Positions 48,978-58,488 of a DNA stretch of 64,000 nt are shown here, piece by piece; within the stretch, counting starts at the first letter, position 1; each line of letters starts with the position of its first letter. The notes beneath the pieces were generated by a model. It did not search any database. It was not told the origin of the DNA and saw only the letters and a list, made by a program, of their open reading frames with translations. The position numbers were made by a program, and so were the translations under genes. The DNA comes from Trueperaceae bacterium (GTDB lineage: Bacteria > Deinococcota > Deinococci > Deinococcales > Trueperaceae): contig OZ243956.1 of NCBI GenBank assembly GCA_965214405.1, forward strand, positions 3,040,001 through 3,104,000, read 5' to 3'.

Positions 48978-49934
48978 ATGCCCCGCTTTGACGTCACGGC
49001 GATTGGCGAGGGACAGCTCAGGCTCTGCGTCCCGGCGGGGACGCGGCTCGAGCAGGCCAAACAGTTTGACGTCCACGTGTCGGGCACCGAGGCGAACGTG
49101 ACCTGTACGCTGTCGCTCCTGGGCTGGGCCTGCGGCTGGGTGAGCGCGCTGCCCGACACGCCTTTAGGCCGCCGCGTGGCGGGCGAGTACCGCTTTAGCG
49201 GCCTCGACTTGTCCGCCGTGACCTGGCTCCAAGGCCGCCTGGCGACCTACTACGTCGAGTACGCGGTGCCGCCCCGCGCGACGCAGGTCTACTACGACCG
49301 CAGCGGTACCTGCTTTACGCAACTTACCCCGGCGGATATCGACTGGGGCTATCTGTTAGACACGCGGCTGCTTCACCTTTCGGGCTTGACGATGGCGCTC
49401 TGCGGCAACATTCAAGACGTTTTGCACGAGGCCGCGGCGCGCGCGGGGGCGGCGGGCGTGCCCGTCAGCCTGGATGTCAATTACCGTAGCCGCCTTTGGA
49501 CGCCCGAGCAGGCGCGAGAAGTGCTCGAGCCTCTTTTGCAAACCATCGACATCCTCTTTTGTGGCCGCGCCGACGCTGAGCGGGTGTTCGGCTGCAAAGG
49601 CGCGCCCAAAGATGTGGTCGCGCAACTCGCTCAGCGGAGCAGCGCGCGCTATATCGTGATGAGCATGTCGCACGAGGGGCTGATGGGCTGGAACGGTGGG
49701 GCGTGTCTTCACGTGCCCGCGAGGGACGTTGTTATTTTGGACCGCATCGGCGCGGGCGACGCGATGGTGGCGGGCGTGCTGCACGGCTACTTGCAGGGCG
49801 ACTTTGCCAAAGGCCTGGTCTACGGCGCGCTCACCGCCGCGCTGGCGCTTAGCCAGTACGGCGACAGGCCGATGACGAATTCGGGGGAACTCGAGGGGCT
49901 CCTAAGCGGCGGCGTCAGCGACATTATCCGTTGA
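48978..49934 (+). CDS. PfkB sugar kinase, KDG-kinase-like
   Basis: SGTEANV, DVNYRSRLW and DRIGAGDA motifs. Confidence 0.88.
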   Translation: MPRFDVTAIGEGQLRLCVPAGTRLEQAKQFDVHVSGTEANVTCTLSLLGWACGWVSALPDTPLGRRVAGEYRFSGLDLSAVTWLQGRLATYYVEYAVPPRATQVYYDRSGTCFTQLTPADIDWGYLLDTRLLHLSGLTMALCGNIQDVLHEAAARAGAAGVPVSLDVNYRSRLWTPEQAREVLEPLLQTIDILFCGRADAERVFGCKGAPKDVVAQLAQRSSARYIVMSMSHEGLMGWNGGACLHVPARDVVILDRIGAGDAMVAGVLHGYLQGDFAKGLVYGALTAALALSQYGDRPMTNSGELEGLLSGGVSDIIR

Positions 49935-50070
49935 CCCTGTCCGTCAACCCTGTTCATGAACCCTATCCATCAAACATGTCCGCCAATCGACCCTAAAGAC
50001 CGAGCCGCCAAGCGTGTACGGGACGGGGTGACGAGCGGGTGAAGTATGCTCTTGCAACTGAGGAGACATT

Positions 50071-50994
50071 ATGAACATTGGCAACGCCCCCTGTTCCTGG
50101 GGCACGATTGAGGGAACCGCGGGTCTGCGCATCGACTACGGAAGGATGCTCGACGAACTCGCCCAAACCGGCTACAAGGGCACGGAACTGGGAGCCTACG
50201 GCTTCATGCCGACCCAGCCCGACGCGCTGCGCGGCGCGCTGGAGGCGCGCAACCTCACCATGTTGGGGGCCTACGAAGGCGTCGACCTCTCCCGAGCGAG
50301 CGCGCATGACGGCGGCGAGGCGCGCTCCCTGCAAACCGCGCGCCTGCTGGCGAGCGTCGCGGACATAGGCGACCTCACTTGGCAGCCCCTGCTGGTGCTG
50401 GCCGACGAGCACAGTGTCAACGACGTCCGGTTCAGACACGCGGGGCGCATCGAACCCGGCATGGGCCTCAGCGGGGCGCAGTGGGAGGTGTTCGGCGAGG
50501 GCGCGAACCGTATAGCCGGTAGCGTTCGGGAGGCGACGGGACTGCGGACGGTGTTTCACCCCCACTGCGCGGGCTTTGTGGAAACGCCGGACGAGGTCGA
50601 GACGTTTTTGGCGCACACCGACCCGGCCTTGGTCGGCCTGGTGCTCGACACCGGGCATTTCGTCTACGGGAGCGGGGCGAATGACGCGGGGATTCTCTTG
50701 GACGCTTTGGAGCGTTTCAAGGAACGTCTGTGGTACGTCCACTTCAAGGACGTAGACCCGGAGGTCGCCACGCGCGCGCGCCGCGACGGGCTCTCCTACA
50801 AAGAAGCCATCGGCGCGGGCGTTTTTTGCGAACTCGGGCGGGGCTGCGTGGATTTTGCGGCGGTCAAGGGGGGGCTCGAGAGGGTCGGCTATAACGGCTG
50901 GGTCACCGTCGAGCAAGACGTGCTACCGGGGCTGGGCACGCCCAAAGAGAGCGCCGCGCGCAACCGGGCGTTTCTCGCCTCGCTCGGGTGGTGA
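50071..50994 (+). CDS. Sugar phosphate isomerase/epimerase, IolE-like TIM barrel
   Basis: NAPCSWG, FHPHC, LDTGH, VHFKD and VEQD motifs. Confidence 0.85.
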   Translation: MNIGNAPCSWGTIEGTAGLRIDYGRMLDELAQTGYKGTELGAYGFMPTQPDALRGALEARNLTMLGAYEGVDLSRASAHDGGEARSLQTARLLASVADIGDLTWQPLLVLADEHSVNDVRFRHAGRIEPGMGLSGAQWEVFGEGANRIAGSVREATGLRTVFHPHCAGFVETPDEVETFLAHTDPALVGLVLDTGHFVYGSGANDAGILLDALERFKERLWYVHFKDVDPEVATRARRDGLSYKEAIGAGVFCELGRGCVDFAAVKGGLERVGYNGWVTVEQDVLPGLGTPKESAARNRAFLASLGW

Positions 50995-51016
50995 ATCTAT
51001 ACGCTATGCTGAACAC

Positions 51017-51598
51017 ATGAAAATCTATACCAAAACCGGCGACGCGGGCACGACCGGCCTCTACGGCGGCGAGCGCGTGCCCAAAGACGCGCGGCGCGTG
51101 GCCGCTTACGGGACGGTGGACGAGGCCAACGCGGTGATTGGGCTGGCGAGGGCTCAGCTCGAGGCGGGCGACGCCAACCTAAACGGCGACTTGGCGAGCG
51201 TCCAGAACGCGCTTTTCGACGTTGGCGCGGACCTAGCGACGCCGCAGGATTCGCCCTACCGCAAGAACGTTGTACCCATCGACGCGGCGGACGTGGCGCA
51301 CTTAGAGGGGCTGATAGACGCCTACGACGCCACGCTCCCCGAGCTACAAAACTTTATCCTGCCGGGCGGTCACCCCGCTTCGGCGGCGCTCCAACTCGCG
51401 CGCGCCGTGGTGCGCCGCGCAGAGCGCGAGACGGTGCATCTGTCGCACGAAGAGGACGTGAACCCGCAGGTGGCGGTCTACCTCAACCGCTTGTCGGATT
51501 TGCTCTTCGTCCTCGCCCGCGTGGTCAACCTGCGCGCTGGCGTGTCCGAGGTGAGCTGGCAGGTCAAGGGGCGCGAGCGGCCCAAGCCCACGGAGTAA
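51017..51598 (+). CDS. Cob(I)alamin adenosyltransferase, PduO type
   Basis: MKIYTKTGDAGTT, YGTVDEAN, RRAER and YLNRLSD motifs. Confidence 0.95.
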   Translation: MKIYTKTGDAGTTGLYGGERVPKDARRVAAYGTVDEANAVIGLARAQLEAGDANLNGDLASVQNALFDVGADLATPQDSPYRKNVVPIDAADVAHLEGLIDAYDATLPELQNFILPGGHPASAALQLARAVVRRAERETVHLSHEEDVNPQVAVYLNRLSDLLFVLARVVNLRAGVSEVSWQVKGRERPKPTE

Positions 51599-51601
51599 CG
51601 C

Positions 51602-52381
51602 GTGCGCGTCGCGTCGCTCGCCTGCTCGAACACCGAAATCGTCTGCGCCCTGGGCTGTGCGGAGTTGCTTGTGGGGGTGGACAGTCACTCGGACCGGCCT
51701 GTTGAGGTCGTTTCAAGGCTACCCAAAGTAGGCCCTGATTTAGACATCGATATTGAGGTGGTGGAAAGACTCGAGCCCGACCTCGTCTTGGCGTCCCTGA
51801 CCGTGCCCGGTCATGAGCGGGTGGTGGCGGGGCTGGAGGAGGCGGGTTTGGCTTACCTCGCACCGGAGCCTGTGAGTTTAGAAGATGTTTACCGGGACGT
51901 TCTCACCATCGCCCGTGCGTTGAGTGTTCTCGAGCGGGGTGAGGCTTTGGTCAGGGAGATGCGCACGGCGTTGCAGCCCGTGACGGTGCCGAATCCTCCC
52001 AGGCTGCTCGTGCAGTGGTGGCCCAAACCCGTCATCGCGCCGGGACGCCTCTCGTGGGTGGATGATTTAATTCTGGCGGCGGGGGGGCGCAATATTTTGG
52101 AAGAGGAGGTTAAAAGTAGACCGCTGAGCGATGAGGAGGTGCGCGCTTTAGACCCGGACGCCATCATTCTCGCTTGGTGCGGCGTTGCGCCCGAAAAGTA
52201 CCGTCCGGATGTGGTTTATAGGAATTCGTGCTGGGGAGGCGTGGGTGCTGTTCAGAAGGAACAAATTCACTGCGTTCCCGAGGCTTTCTTGGGGCGACCG
52301 GGGCCGGGGCTTGTGGAGGGCTTTCGCGCCCTTCAAAAAATCGTTCAGGGTGTTGGTGAGGCTGGATTGGGTGGACGCTAG
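51602..52381 (+). CDS. Cobalamin-binding protein, BtuF-like
   Basis: SNTEIVCALG, LEPDLVLAS and RPGPGL motifs. Confidence 0.8.
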   Translation: MRVASLACSNTEIVCALGCAELLVGVDSHSDRPVEVVSRLPKVGPDLDIDIEVVERLEPDLVLASLTVPGHERVVAGLEEAGLAYLAPEPVSLEDVYRDVLTIARALSVLERGEALVREMRTALQPVTVPNPPRLLVQWWPKPVIAPGRLSWVDDLILAAGGRNILEEEVKSRPLSDEEVRALDPDAIILAWCGVAPEKYRPDVVYRNSCWGGVGAVQKEQIHCVPEAFLGRPGPGLVEGFRALQKIVQGVGEAGLGGR

Positions 52382-52437
52382 CGCTTGGCGTTCTGCTGGC
52401 TGTTGTTACCAACAACTGTCCGCTAAGCACTATCCAC

Positions 52438-53586
52438 TCAACGTGCGCCCCGCCAGGGCTCGAGCACCTCGCGCGCCCTCGCCCGGCCCACCTCGGTAAG
52501 GGCTAATACGGGGCTCTGCGCTTTCCTCTCAATAAACCCCTTGTCCAGGCTCCGCTCGTACACCCGCTTTACTTTGTTCTCGCTCCAACGCAGGTGGGTG
52601 CGGAGCGCGCTCAAGTTGTTTTCTTCTTTCGGCTTGGCCCTTTCGTGGTGGTAGAGGTGAACCAACAGCGTCCTTTCGGCGTTCTCGAAGCGCTGCCGCC
52701 GCCTGCGCGCCTCTTGCGCCAGGAGGCCGTAGCGCGGGCCTAACAAAAAAGCCAACGCCAAAAAAACTCCCGTCGCGCAGGCCATCATCCCGCCGATAGA
52801 CACGTCGAACGAGACGGCGGCGGTGTAGCCGAGGATGCTCGAGAGGATTGAAATCACTACGCCCCAAAAAATCATCCGCCAGAGTTTGTCGGTGAGCAAA
52901 TACGCCGCGGCCACGGGCACGATCACAAACGCCACGAACAACACCGAGCCCACCGCGTCAAAGGCGGCCACCGCGGTCACGCTCGTTAAACTCAGCAGCC
53001 CGTAGTAAAGGAGCGTGGGCGAGAAGCCCAGCGCGGCGGCGAGGCCTGGGTCAAAGGTGCTGAGCTTGAGTTCTTTGTAGAACACGACCACAAAGAGCCC
53101 GTTGAGGAGCGTGACGACGCCCAGCGTCAGGAGCGCCTGCGGCACTTCGAAGCCCAAAAGCGGCACCGTATCCAACCAAACAAAGCCGATTTCGCCCAGC
53201 AGCACCGCGTCGACGTCGATGTGAACGTCCCGCGCGTACACGTTAATCAGCACCACGCCGACCGCGAACATGAGAGGAAACACGAGCCCGATGGCCGCGT
53301 CGTCTTTGACCCGTCCGCTGTTCGCCAAGAGCCCGGTGAAAAAAACCGTCGCCACGCCCGCCAACGCCGCGCCGACGATCAAAAAGGGCGAGAACTGGTC
53401 GCCCGTTACCAGATAACCCAAGACGATACCCAGCAGCACGGAATGCGAGATGGCGTCGCTTAATAAGCTGCTCTTGCGGAGCACCAGAAACGCCCCGACG
53501 AGCGACGAGGCCGCGCCGACGAGCGCGCCGACCGTCATGATGATGAGGTCGGGGGACTCAAAAAAGAGGGTGAGCGCGCCCCTCAC
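52438..53586 (-). CDS. Mn/Zn/Fe ABC permease (TroD-like)
   Basis: DAISHSVLLG and KELKLSTFDP motifs; C-terminal wHTH-like tail. Confidence 0.9.
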   Translation of the reverse strand: MRGALTLFFESPDLIIMTVGALVGAASSLVGAFLVLRKSSLLSDAISHSVLLGIVLGYLVTGDQFSPFLIVGAALAGVATVFFTGLLANSGRVKDDAAIGLVFPLMFAVGVVLINVYARDVHIDVDAVLLGEIGFVWLDTVPLLGFEVPQALLTLGVVTLLNGLFVVVFYKELKLSTFDPGLAAALGFSPTLLYYGLLSLTSVTAVAAFDAVGSVLFVAFVIVPVAAAYLLTDKLWRMIFWGVVISILSSILGYTAAVSFDVSIGGMMACATGVFLALAFLLGPRYGLLAQEARRRRQRFENAERTLLVHLYHHERAKPKEENNLSALRTHLRWSENKVKRVYERSLDKGFIERKAQSPVLALTEVGRARAREVLEPWRGAR

Positions 53587-54743
53587 GGCGTGTTTCCCAT
53601 CCGGGCGAGCGTGTCTCGAGCCCGCTCATACCCCGCGTCGGTCAGCCGCCAGTGCTCGGCCTCCTCGGGCATGTGGGCGGTGGGGGCGACGAGGCCCTGG
53701 GCCTCGAGCCGCCCCAGCACCGACCGCGCGCTAAAGCCGTAGTACGAATTCAGCATTCCCTCCTCGGCGGGATAATGGGGATCGTCGTGCGCCTGCGCGA
53801 GCTTAAAAAGGTCGTCCAAAACCCGCTGCGCCCGCAAATTCACGCGGTTGCGCCGCGCGGCGAGCCCGGCCCAGAGAAAGCCGCGCCCCGGCGCGATAAA
53901 AAGCGACACAAAAACGATGACTGAGATGCAAATGACGATCATCGGCCCCGTCGCCAGGCCGCGCCCGGTCGCGCTCAGCAGCGCGCCCGCCACGCCGCCC
54001 AACGCGCCGAAAAGGGCGGCGAGCACCGTCATCGTCCCCAACGACCCGCTCCACTGCCGCGCCGCCGCGCCGGGCGCGATGATCATCGCCGTCATCAGCA
54101 CCACCCCGACGAGCTGCAAACCGATCACCACAGCGAGCGCGATGGTCACGATAAGGAGCACGTCGAGCGCCAGGACGGGCAGGCCCAAACTACCGGCGAA
54201 ACCGGGGTCAAAGGTGCTAACCTTGAATTCTTTCCAAAAAAGCAGTACCACCCCTACCGTCACAAGCGTCACCACGCCCATCACCCATACGTCACTCGGC
54301 AACATCGCCGCCGCCTGGCCGAACAAAAACGCGTCTAGGCCAGCCTGCCCCGCGTTGTTTTGGTTGCCGATGTGGGTCAAGAGCACCAAGCCAAACGCAA
54401 ACGACACGCTCAAGGCCGCGCCGATGGCCGCGTCCGTCTTGAGGCGGCTGCGGCGGATGAGGAGCAGCATAAAAAGCGCCGCCACCGCCCCCGTGAGGAG
54501 CGCGCCCGCGAGAATCGGCACGAGCAGCCGCCCGCCCGCGATTAAGAAGCCCAGGCAGACCCCCGGCAGCGCCGCGTGGGAGAGCATATCACCCAACAGG
54601 CTCTGCTGGCGCAACACCGCGAACGAGCCCAAAACGCCGCTGGAGACGCCCAAAAGCGCCGCGCCCAGCATCACGTTGCGGAGGGTGAAGTCGGTAAAGA
54701 AATCGACGAAGGACGTGAGAATGGGGGCGAGGGAACCGTCCAC
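53583..54743 (-). CDS. Mn/Zn/Fe ABC permease (TroC-like)
   Basis: DMLSHAALPG and KEFKVSTFDP motifs. Confidence 0.9.
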   Translation of the reverse strand: MDGSLAPILTSFVDFFTDFTLRNVMLGAALLGVSSGVLGSFAVLRQQSLLGDMLSHAALPGVCLGFLIAGGRLLVPILAGALLTGAVAALFMLLLIRRSRLKTDAAIGAALSVSFAFGLVLLTHIGNQNNAGQAGLDAFLFGQAAAMLPSDVWVMGVVTLVTVGVVLLFWKEFKVSTFDPGFAGSLGLPVLALDVLLIVTIALAVVIGLQLVGVVLMTAMIIAPGAAARQWSGSLGTMTVLAALFGALGGVAGALLSATGRGLATGPMIVICISVIVFVSLFIAPGRGFLWAGLAARRNRVNLRAQRVLDDLFKLAQAHDDPHYPAEEGMLNSYYGFSARSVLGRLEAQGLVAPTAHMPEEAEHWRLTDAGYERARDTLARMGNTP

Positions 54744-55616
54744 TCAGACCTCCTCGGGAATCCTCACGCGCTGGGTGAGGTGGGCAGGAGCCGCCTCTTG
54801 CTCTGGTTGCGCTGTTTCTGGTCCTACTTCTTGCGCCCCCTCGAGCCCGCCCCCCACCCCGCTCCCTAACAACGCAATCTGACCCCCATACGCCGCCCGC
54901 AGGTTTTCCGCGGTGTACACGCGTTCCACCGGCCCCTGCGCAATCATGCGAACGTTTAGCAGCACCATCCAGTCAAAATACTGCGCCACCGTCGCCAGGT
55001 CGTGATGCACGACGATGACCGTTTTGCCCCCCGTCCGCAGCGCCTTGAGGAGGTCGATGATCGCGCGCTCGGTGGTCGCGTCCACCCCGGCCATCGGCTC
55101 GTCCATAAAGTAGAGGTCGGCGTCCTGGATGAGGGCTCGAGCCAAAAACACCCGCTGCTGCTGCCCGCCCGAGAGCTGCGAAATCTGCCGGTGGGCAAAG
55201 GCCTCCATGCCGACTTGTTCCAAAGCTCCCTCGGCTAGGGTTCGCTCCTTGCGCCCCGGTCTTCGAAACCAGCCCAGGCGCCCGTAAAGCCCCATCGTCA
55301 CCACGTCGAGCGCGGTGGTCGGAAAATCCCAATCGACCGAGGACCGTTGCGGCACATAGCCCACCCGCCGCCGCTCCTCGCGGTAGGGCGCGCCGTGGAT
55401 ATACACGTGACCCGCCGCCGGTTTCACAAGCCCCAGCACCGTTTTGATGAGCGTCGACTTGCCTGCGCCGTTGGGGCCGACAATCGCGGCCAGCACGCCC
55501 GGCGGCACGTCCAAGTCGATATCCCATAAGACAGGTTTGTCAGCGTACGAGACGGTTAAATCCTCGACGTGAAGCGCCAAATCGGGCTCGTGGACGGCGC
55601 TCGCAAGGGAGGTCAT
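54744..55616 (-). CDS. Mn/Zn/Fe ABC ATP-binding protein (TroB-like)
   Basis: [17 protein letters not shown] and VHHDL motifs. Confidence 0.93.
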   Translation of the reverse strand: MTSLASAVHEPDLALHVEDLTVSYADKPVLWDIDLDVPPGVLAAIVGPNGAGKSTLIKTVLGLVKPAAGHVYIHGAPYREERRRVGYVPQRSSVDWDFPTTALDVVTMGLYGRLGWFRRPGRKERTLAEGALEQVGMEAFAHRQISQLSGGQQQRVFLARALIQDADLYFMDEPMAGVDATTERAIIDLLKALRTGGKTVIVVHHDLATVAQYFDWMVLLNVRMIAQGPVERVYTAENLRAAYGGQIALLGSGVGGGLEGAQEVGPETAQPEQEAAPAHLTQRVRIPEEV

Positions 55617-56569
55617 AAACCCGCTTGTTCCCACGCCGCCAGACTTTCAGGTAAAGGTGGTGGGGTTCCGCCTGACGCCTCGGTGATGGTCCGGGTGTTG
55701 CTCACCAACATGCCGATATAGGAGCCTTCCGGCGTGCCGGTCTCACCAAAGGCGTCGGAAAAGAGCGCGCCGCCCAAGGCGACCTCGAAGCCGCGGTCGC
55801 GCGCCGCCGAGCGGACCGCCTCGATGGTGCGCGGGTTGATGCTCGTCTCGACAAAAAGCGCGGGCACCTGCCGCGCTACCACCGCGTCCACCACGCTGCG
55901 AATATCGGTCAGGCTCGCCTCGGCCTGGGTGCTGATGCCCTGGATGGCGACGACCTCGAGCCCGTACGCCCGCCCGTAATACGCAAACGCGTCGTGTGCG
56001 GTCACTAAAGCGCGCTGTCCTTCGGGGATGGTGGCGACGCTCGAGCGAACCCAGTCGTTGAGCGCGGCCAACTTCGCCTCATAATCGTCCGCACGCGCTT
56101 GCACGCCTTCGGCGCACTCGGGGCGCAGGGTGCCTAGTTCGTCCGCTATCACCTGGGTGATGTTTTGCCACAGCGCCACGTCCATCCACAGGTGCGGGTC
56201 GACGCCGTAGGCGCTCGAGGTCTCAATCAACCTTTCCCTGGGCACCGCCGCCTCGGCCACGGCCACGGTGGGCGTGCGCCTGCCGAAACCCTCCAAAACC
56301 TCGCCCAGTTGGCCCTCCAAGGCGTAACCCGCGTAAAAAATCACCTCCGCGTCTTGGAGCGTCCGGACGTCGCTCGCGCTCGCTTTATAAAGGTGCGGGT
56401 CGATGCCCGGTCCCATCAGCGTGGTGACGCTTACGCAATCCCCGCCAACGGTTTCAACTACATCCCCGACCATGCCGACCGTCGCTACGGCATTGAGCGG
56501 GGTGTTCGTGGGCTCGGCTTGTGCGAGCGCAAACCCCCACAGTAAAATAAATCCGGTCATCCATTTCAT
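55613..56569 (-). CDS. Mn/Zn/Fe ABC substrate-binding protein (TroA-like)
   Basis: [22 protein letters not shown] and LFSD motifs. Confidence 0.93.
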   Translation of the reverse strand: MKWMTGFILLWGFALAQAEPTNTPLNAVATVGMVGDVVETVGGDCVSVTTLMGPGIDPHLYKASASDVRTLQDAEVIFYAGYALEGQLGEVLEGFGRRTPTVAVAEAAVPRERLIETSSAYGVDPHLWMDVALWQNITQVIADELGTLRPECAEGVQARADDYEAKLAALNDWVRSSVATIPEGQRALVTAHDAFAYYGRAYGLEVVAIQGISTQAEASLTDIRSVVDAVVARQVPALFVETSINPRTIEAVRSAARDRGFEVALGGALFSDAFGETGTPEGSYIGMLVSNTRTITEASGGTPPPLPESLAAWEQAGL

Positions 56570-56633
56570 CGTGAATCCTCTCAATTTTTCTATTTTTAGT
56601 ATTTGCCATCACTCATTAAGCAAAGCTCAAAAT

Positions 56634-56685
56634 AAATTTAGCTCTACCTAAACTTTAGCTTAAACTTACGTCGTGGCGCTGTCAA
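56634..56685 (-). promoter_or_regulatory. Promoter and DtxR/MntR-type operator of the troABCD-like operon
   Basis: Minus strand TTGACA-N17-TAAGCT; dyad TTTAG-N6-CTAAA at 56637-56652. Confidence 0.7.
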
Positions 56686-56715
56686 GCGAACATCTTTATC
56701 CGGCGGACGGCCTTA

Positions 56716-57369
56716 TTAAATGATTTCGGCGTGGATGGCGGCGGCGAGGGCGGGGGAGAGGGCGACGGGGCGGCCCTCGCGCTCGACGGTCACCGGCCCG
56801 TCAAAGGGGGCGCGCTCGAGCACAGCGACCGTCACGCCTGGCACGAGGTCGTGCTCTGAAAGGTATTCGAGCACCTCCCGGTTTTGGTTGGTGATGCGGG
56901 TGATTTTTGCCACTTGCCCAAGCTCGAGCTCAGTTAACGGCCTACCCAAACTCTGCGGCAACGAGCCGTCGCGCCCTGGGATGGGGTCGCCGTGCGGGTC
57001 GTGTGTGGGGTTGCCCAGCGCCTCGGCGATGCGGTCCTCAAAATCCTCACTGATGTGGTGCTCGAGCCTCTCCGCCTCGTCGTGAACCTCGTGCCACGGG
57101 TAACCCAGCGCCTCGGCCAGATAGGTCTCGATGAGGCGGTGGTGGCGCAAGGTTTCCAAGGCAATCTTGCGCCCTGCCGGGGTGAGGGTGACGCCGCGGT
57201 ACTTTTCATACTCGATAAGCTTGAGCGCGCTCAGCTTTTTGAGCATCCCGGTCACGCTCGCAGGGCTCACGCCTAGCGCGTCGGCGAGGGCCTGCGTTTT
57301 GGCGTCGCCGAGTTCGAAAATCGCCTTGAGATAGTCCTCGACGGCGCTCGAGAGCGGCTTGTCAGTCAT
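56716..57369 (-). CDS. DtxR/MntR family metal-dependent repressor with FeoA-like C-terminus
   Basis: EDYLKAIF, RHHRLIETYL, AERLEH and DPHGDPIP motifs. Confidence 0.95.
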   Translation of the reverse strand: MTDKPLSSAVEDYLKAIFELGDAKTQALADALGVSPASVTGMLKKLSALKLIEYEKYRGVTLTPAGRKIALETLRHHRLIETYLAEALGYPWHEVHDEAERLEHHISEDFEDRIAEALGNPTHDPHGDPIPGRDGSLPQSLGRPLTELELGQVAKITRITNQNREVLEYLSEHDLVPGVTVAVLERAPFDGPVTVEREGRPVALSPALAAAIHAEII

Positions 57370-57414
57370 GTCGTCTCTGGTTTCGTTTCCTCGCCACGCC
57401 CCAAGGTTACCATT

Positions 57415-57430
57415 TTTAGGCGCAGCTAAA
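57415..57430. promoter_or_regulatory. Second DtxR/MntR-type box
   Basis: TTTAGGCGCAGCTAAA, the same dyad as at 56637. Confidence 0.55.
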
Positions 57431-57531
57431 TCTCCGGGCAATTCACTCACGCTTCCTTCTGTTCGCTACCCGTAGCCCCACTGTTCTCCGCAGCTCTCGA
57501 GGCGCTGCATAGACGCTGTATAAAGGAATGT

Positions 57532-58464
57532 ATGGGAAGCAGAAGCGTCACCTATTCACAAAACAACCTCCTCACCTACAGTTACCTCCTGCTGGGGATG
57601 ATTATTTTCGGTAGCGGCACCCCCATCAGCAAAATTGTCACGGGCGCGTTCCCCGTGTTTGTCGCCTCGGGGCTGCGGATGGTGGTGGGGGCGCTCCTGC
57701 TGCTGCCTTTCGTGCTCTTTCGTAAGGAGGGCCGAGAAAAACTGGCGGCTTTGGAAAAGCGGGACTGGCTCGTCGTTTTTGCGGTCGCGCTGGTTGGCAT
57801 GTTCGCGTTTAGCGTGCTCATGCTCTACGGTATGAAACTTGTGTCGGGCGTGGTCGGGAGCATCGTCATGAGCGTGACGCCCGCCGTGACCGCGGTGGGG
57901 TCTTTTGTATTTCTCAAGGACAAGCTGGGCTGGCGCAAGGCCGCAGGCGTCGCGCTCGCGGTCGGGGGCGTGCTCGTCCTTAACCTGGCCGGGGGCGGCG
58001 AGGGGTCGGGGAGTAACGTCGTTTTGGGCAGCCTGCTCATTTTCGGGGCGGTCTGCGGCGAGGCGGGGTATACGCTGCTCGGTAAGGTGGCGACGGAGCG
58101 CCTGAGCCCCCTCATGCTGGCGGGGCTGTCGGCGGGGCTGGCGGCCATACTTTTTGTCCCCTTCGCGCTTTTCCAGTGGGGCTCGTTTGACATCGCTGCG
58201 GTCTCAACGGGCGACTGGCTGGCGCTCGCCTGGTGGGGCGGCGGCACCTTGGCGCTGGGCTCGTGGCTCTGGTACCGGGGCGTCGAGCGGGTCGAGGGGA
58301 GCACCGCCGCGGGCTTTATGGGCGTGATGCCCGTGAGCGCCCTCGCGCTCTCTTACCTCCTGTTGGGCGAGCCCTTCGTCTGGATTCACCTGCTGGGTTT
58401 CGCCATCGTCCTGTCGGGCGTCCTCTTTATCGCCTGGTCGCACGCGCGAATGGCGGACGCTTGA
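57532..58464 (+). CDS. DMT/EamA family transporter
   Basis: About 10 TM segments in two EamA repeats. Confidence 0.9.
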   Translation: MGSRSVTYSQNNLLTYSYLLLGMIIFGSGTPISKIVTGAFPVFVASGLRMVVGALLLLPFVLFRKEGREKLAALEKRDWLVVFAVALVGMFAFSVLMLYGMKLVSGVVGSIVMSVTPAVTAVGSFVFLKDKLGWRKAAGVALAVGGVLVLNLAGGGEGSGSNVVLGSLLIFGAVCGEAGYTLLGKVATERLSPLMLAGLSAGLAAILFVPFALFQWGSFDIAAVSTGDWLALAWWGGGTLALGSWLWYRGVERVEGSTAAGFMGVMPVSALALSYLLLGEPFVWIHLLGFAIVLSGVLFIAWSHARMADA

Positions 58465-58488
58465 TGGTTGGCCTGCTGTTGAGTCCGT

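Noticed and set aside
50995..51016. Cobalamin riboswitch before the PduO/BtuF-like genes
   Set aside because: Only 22 nt of intergenic space, occupied by a leaderless -10.
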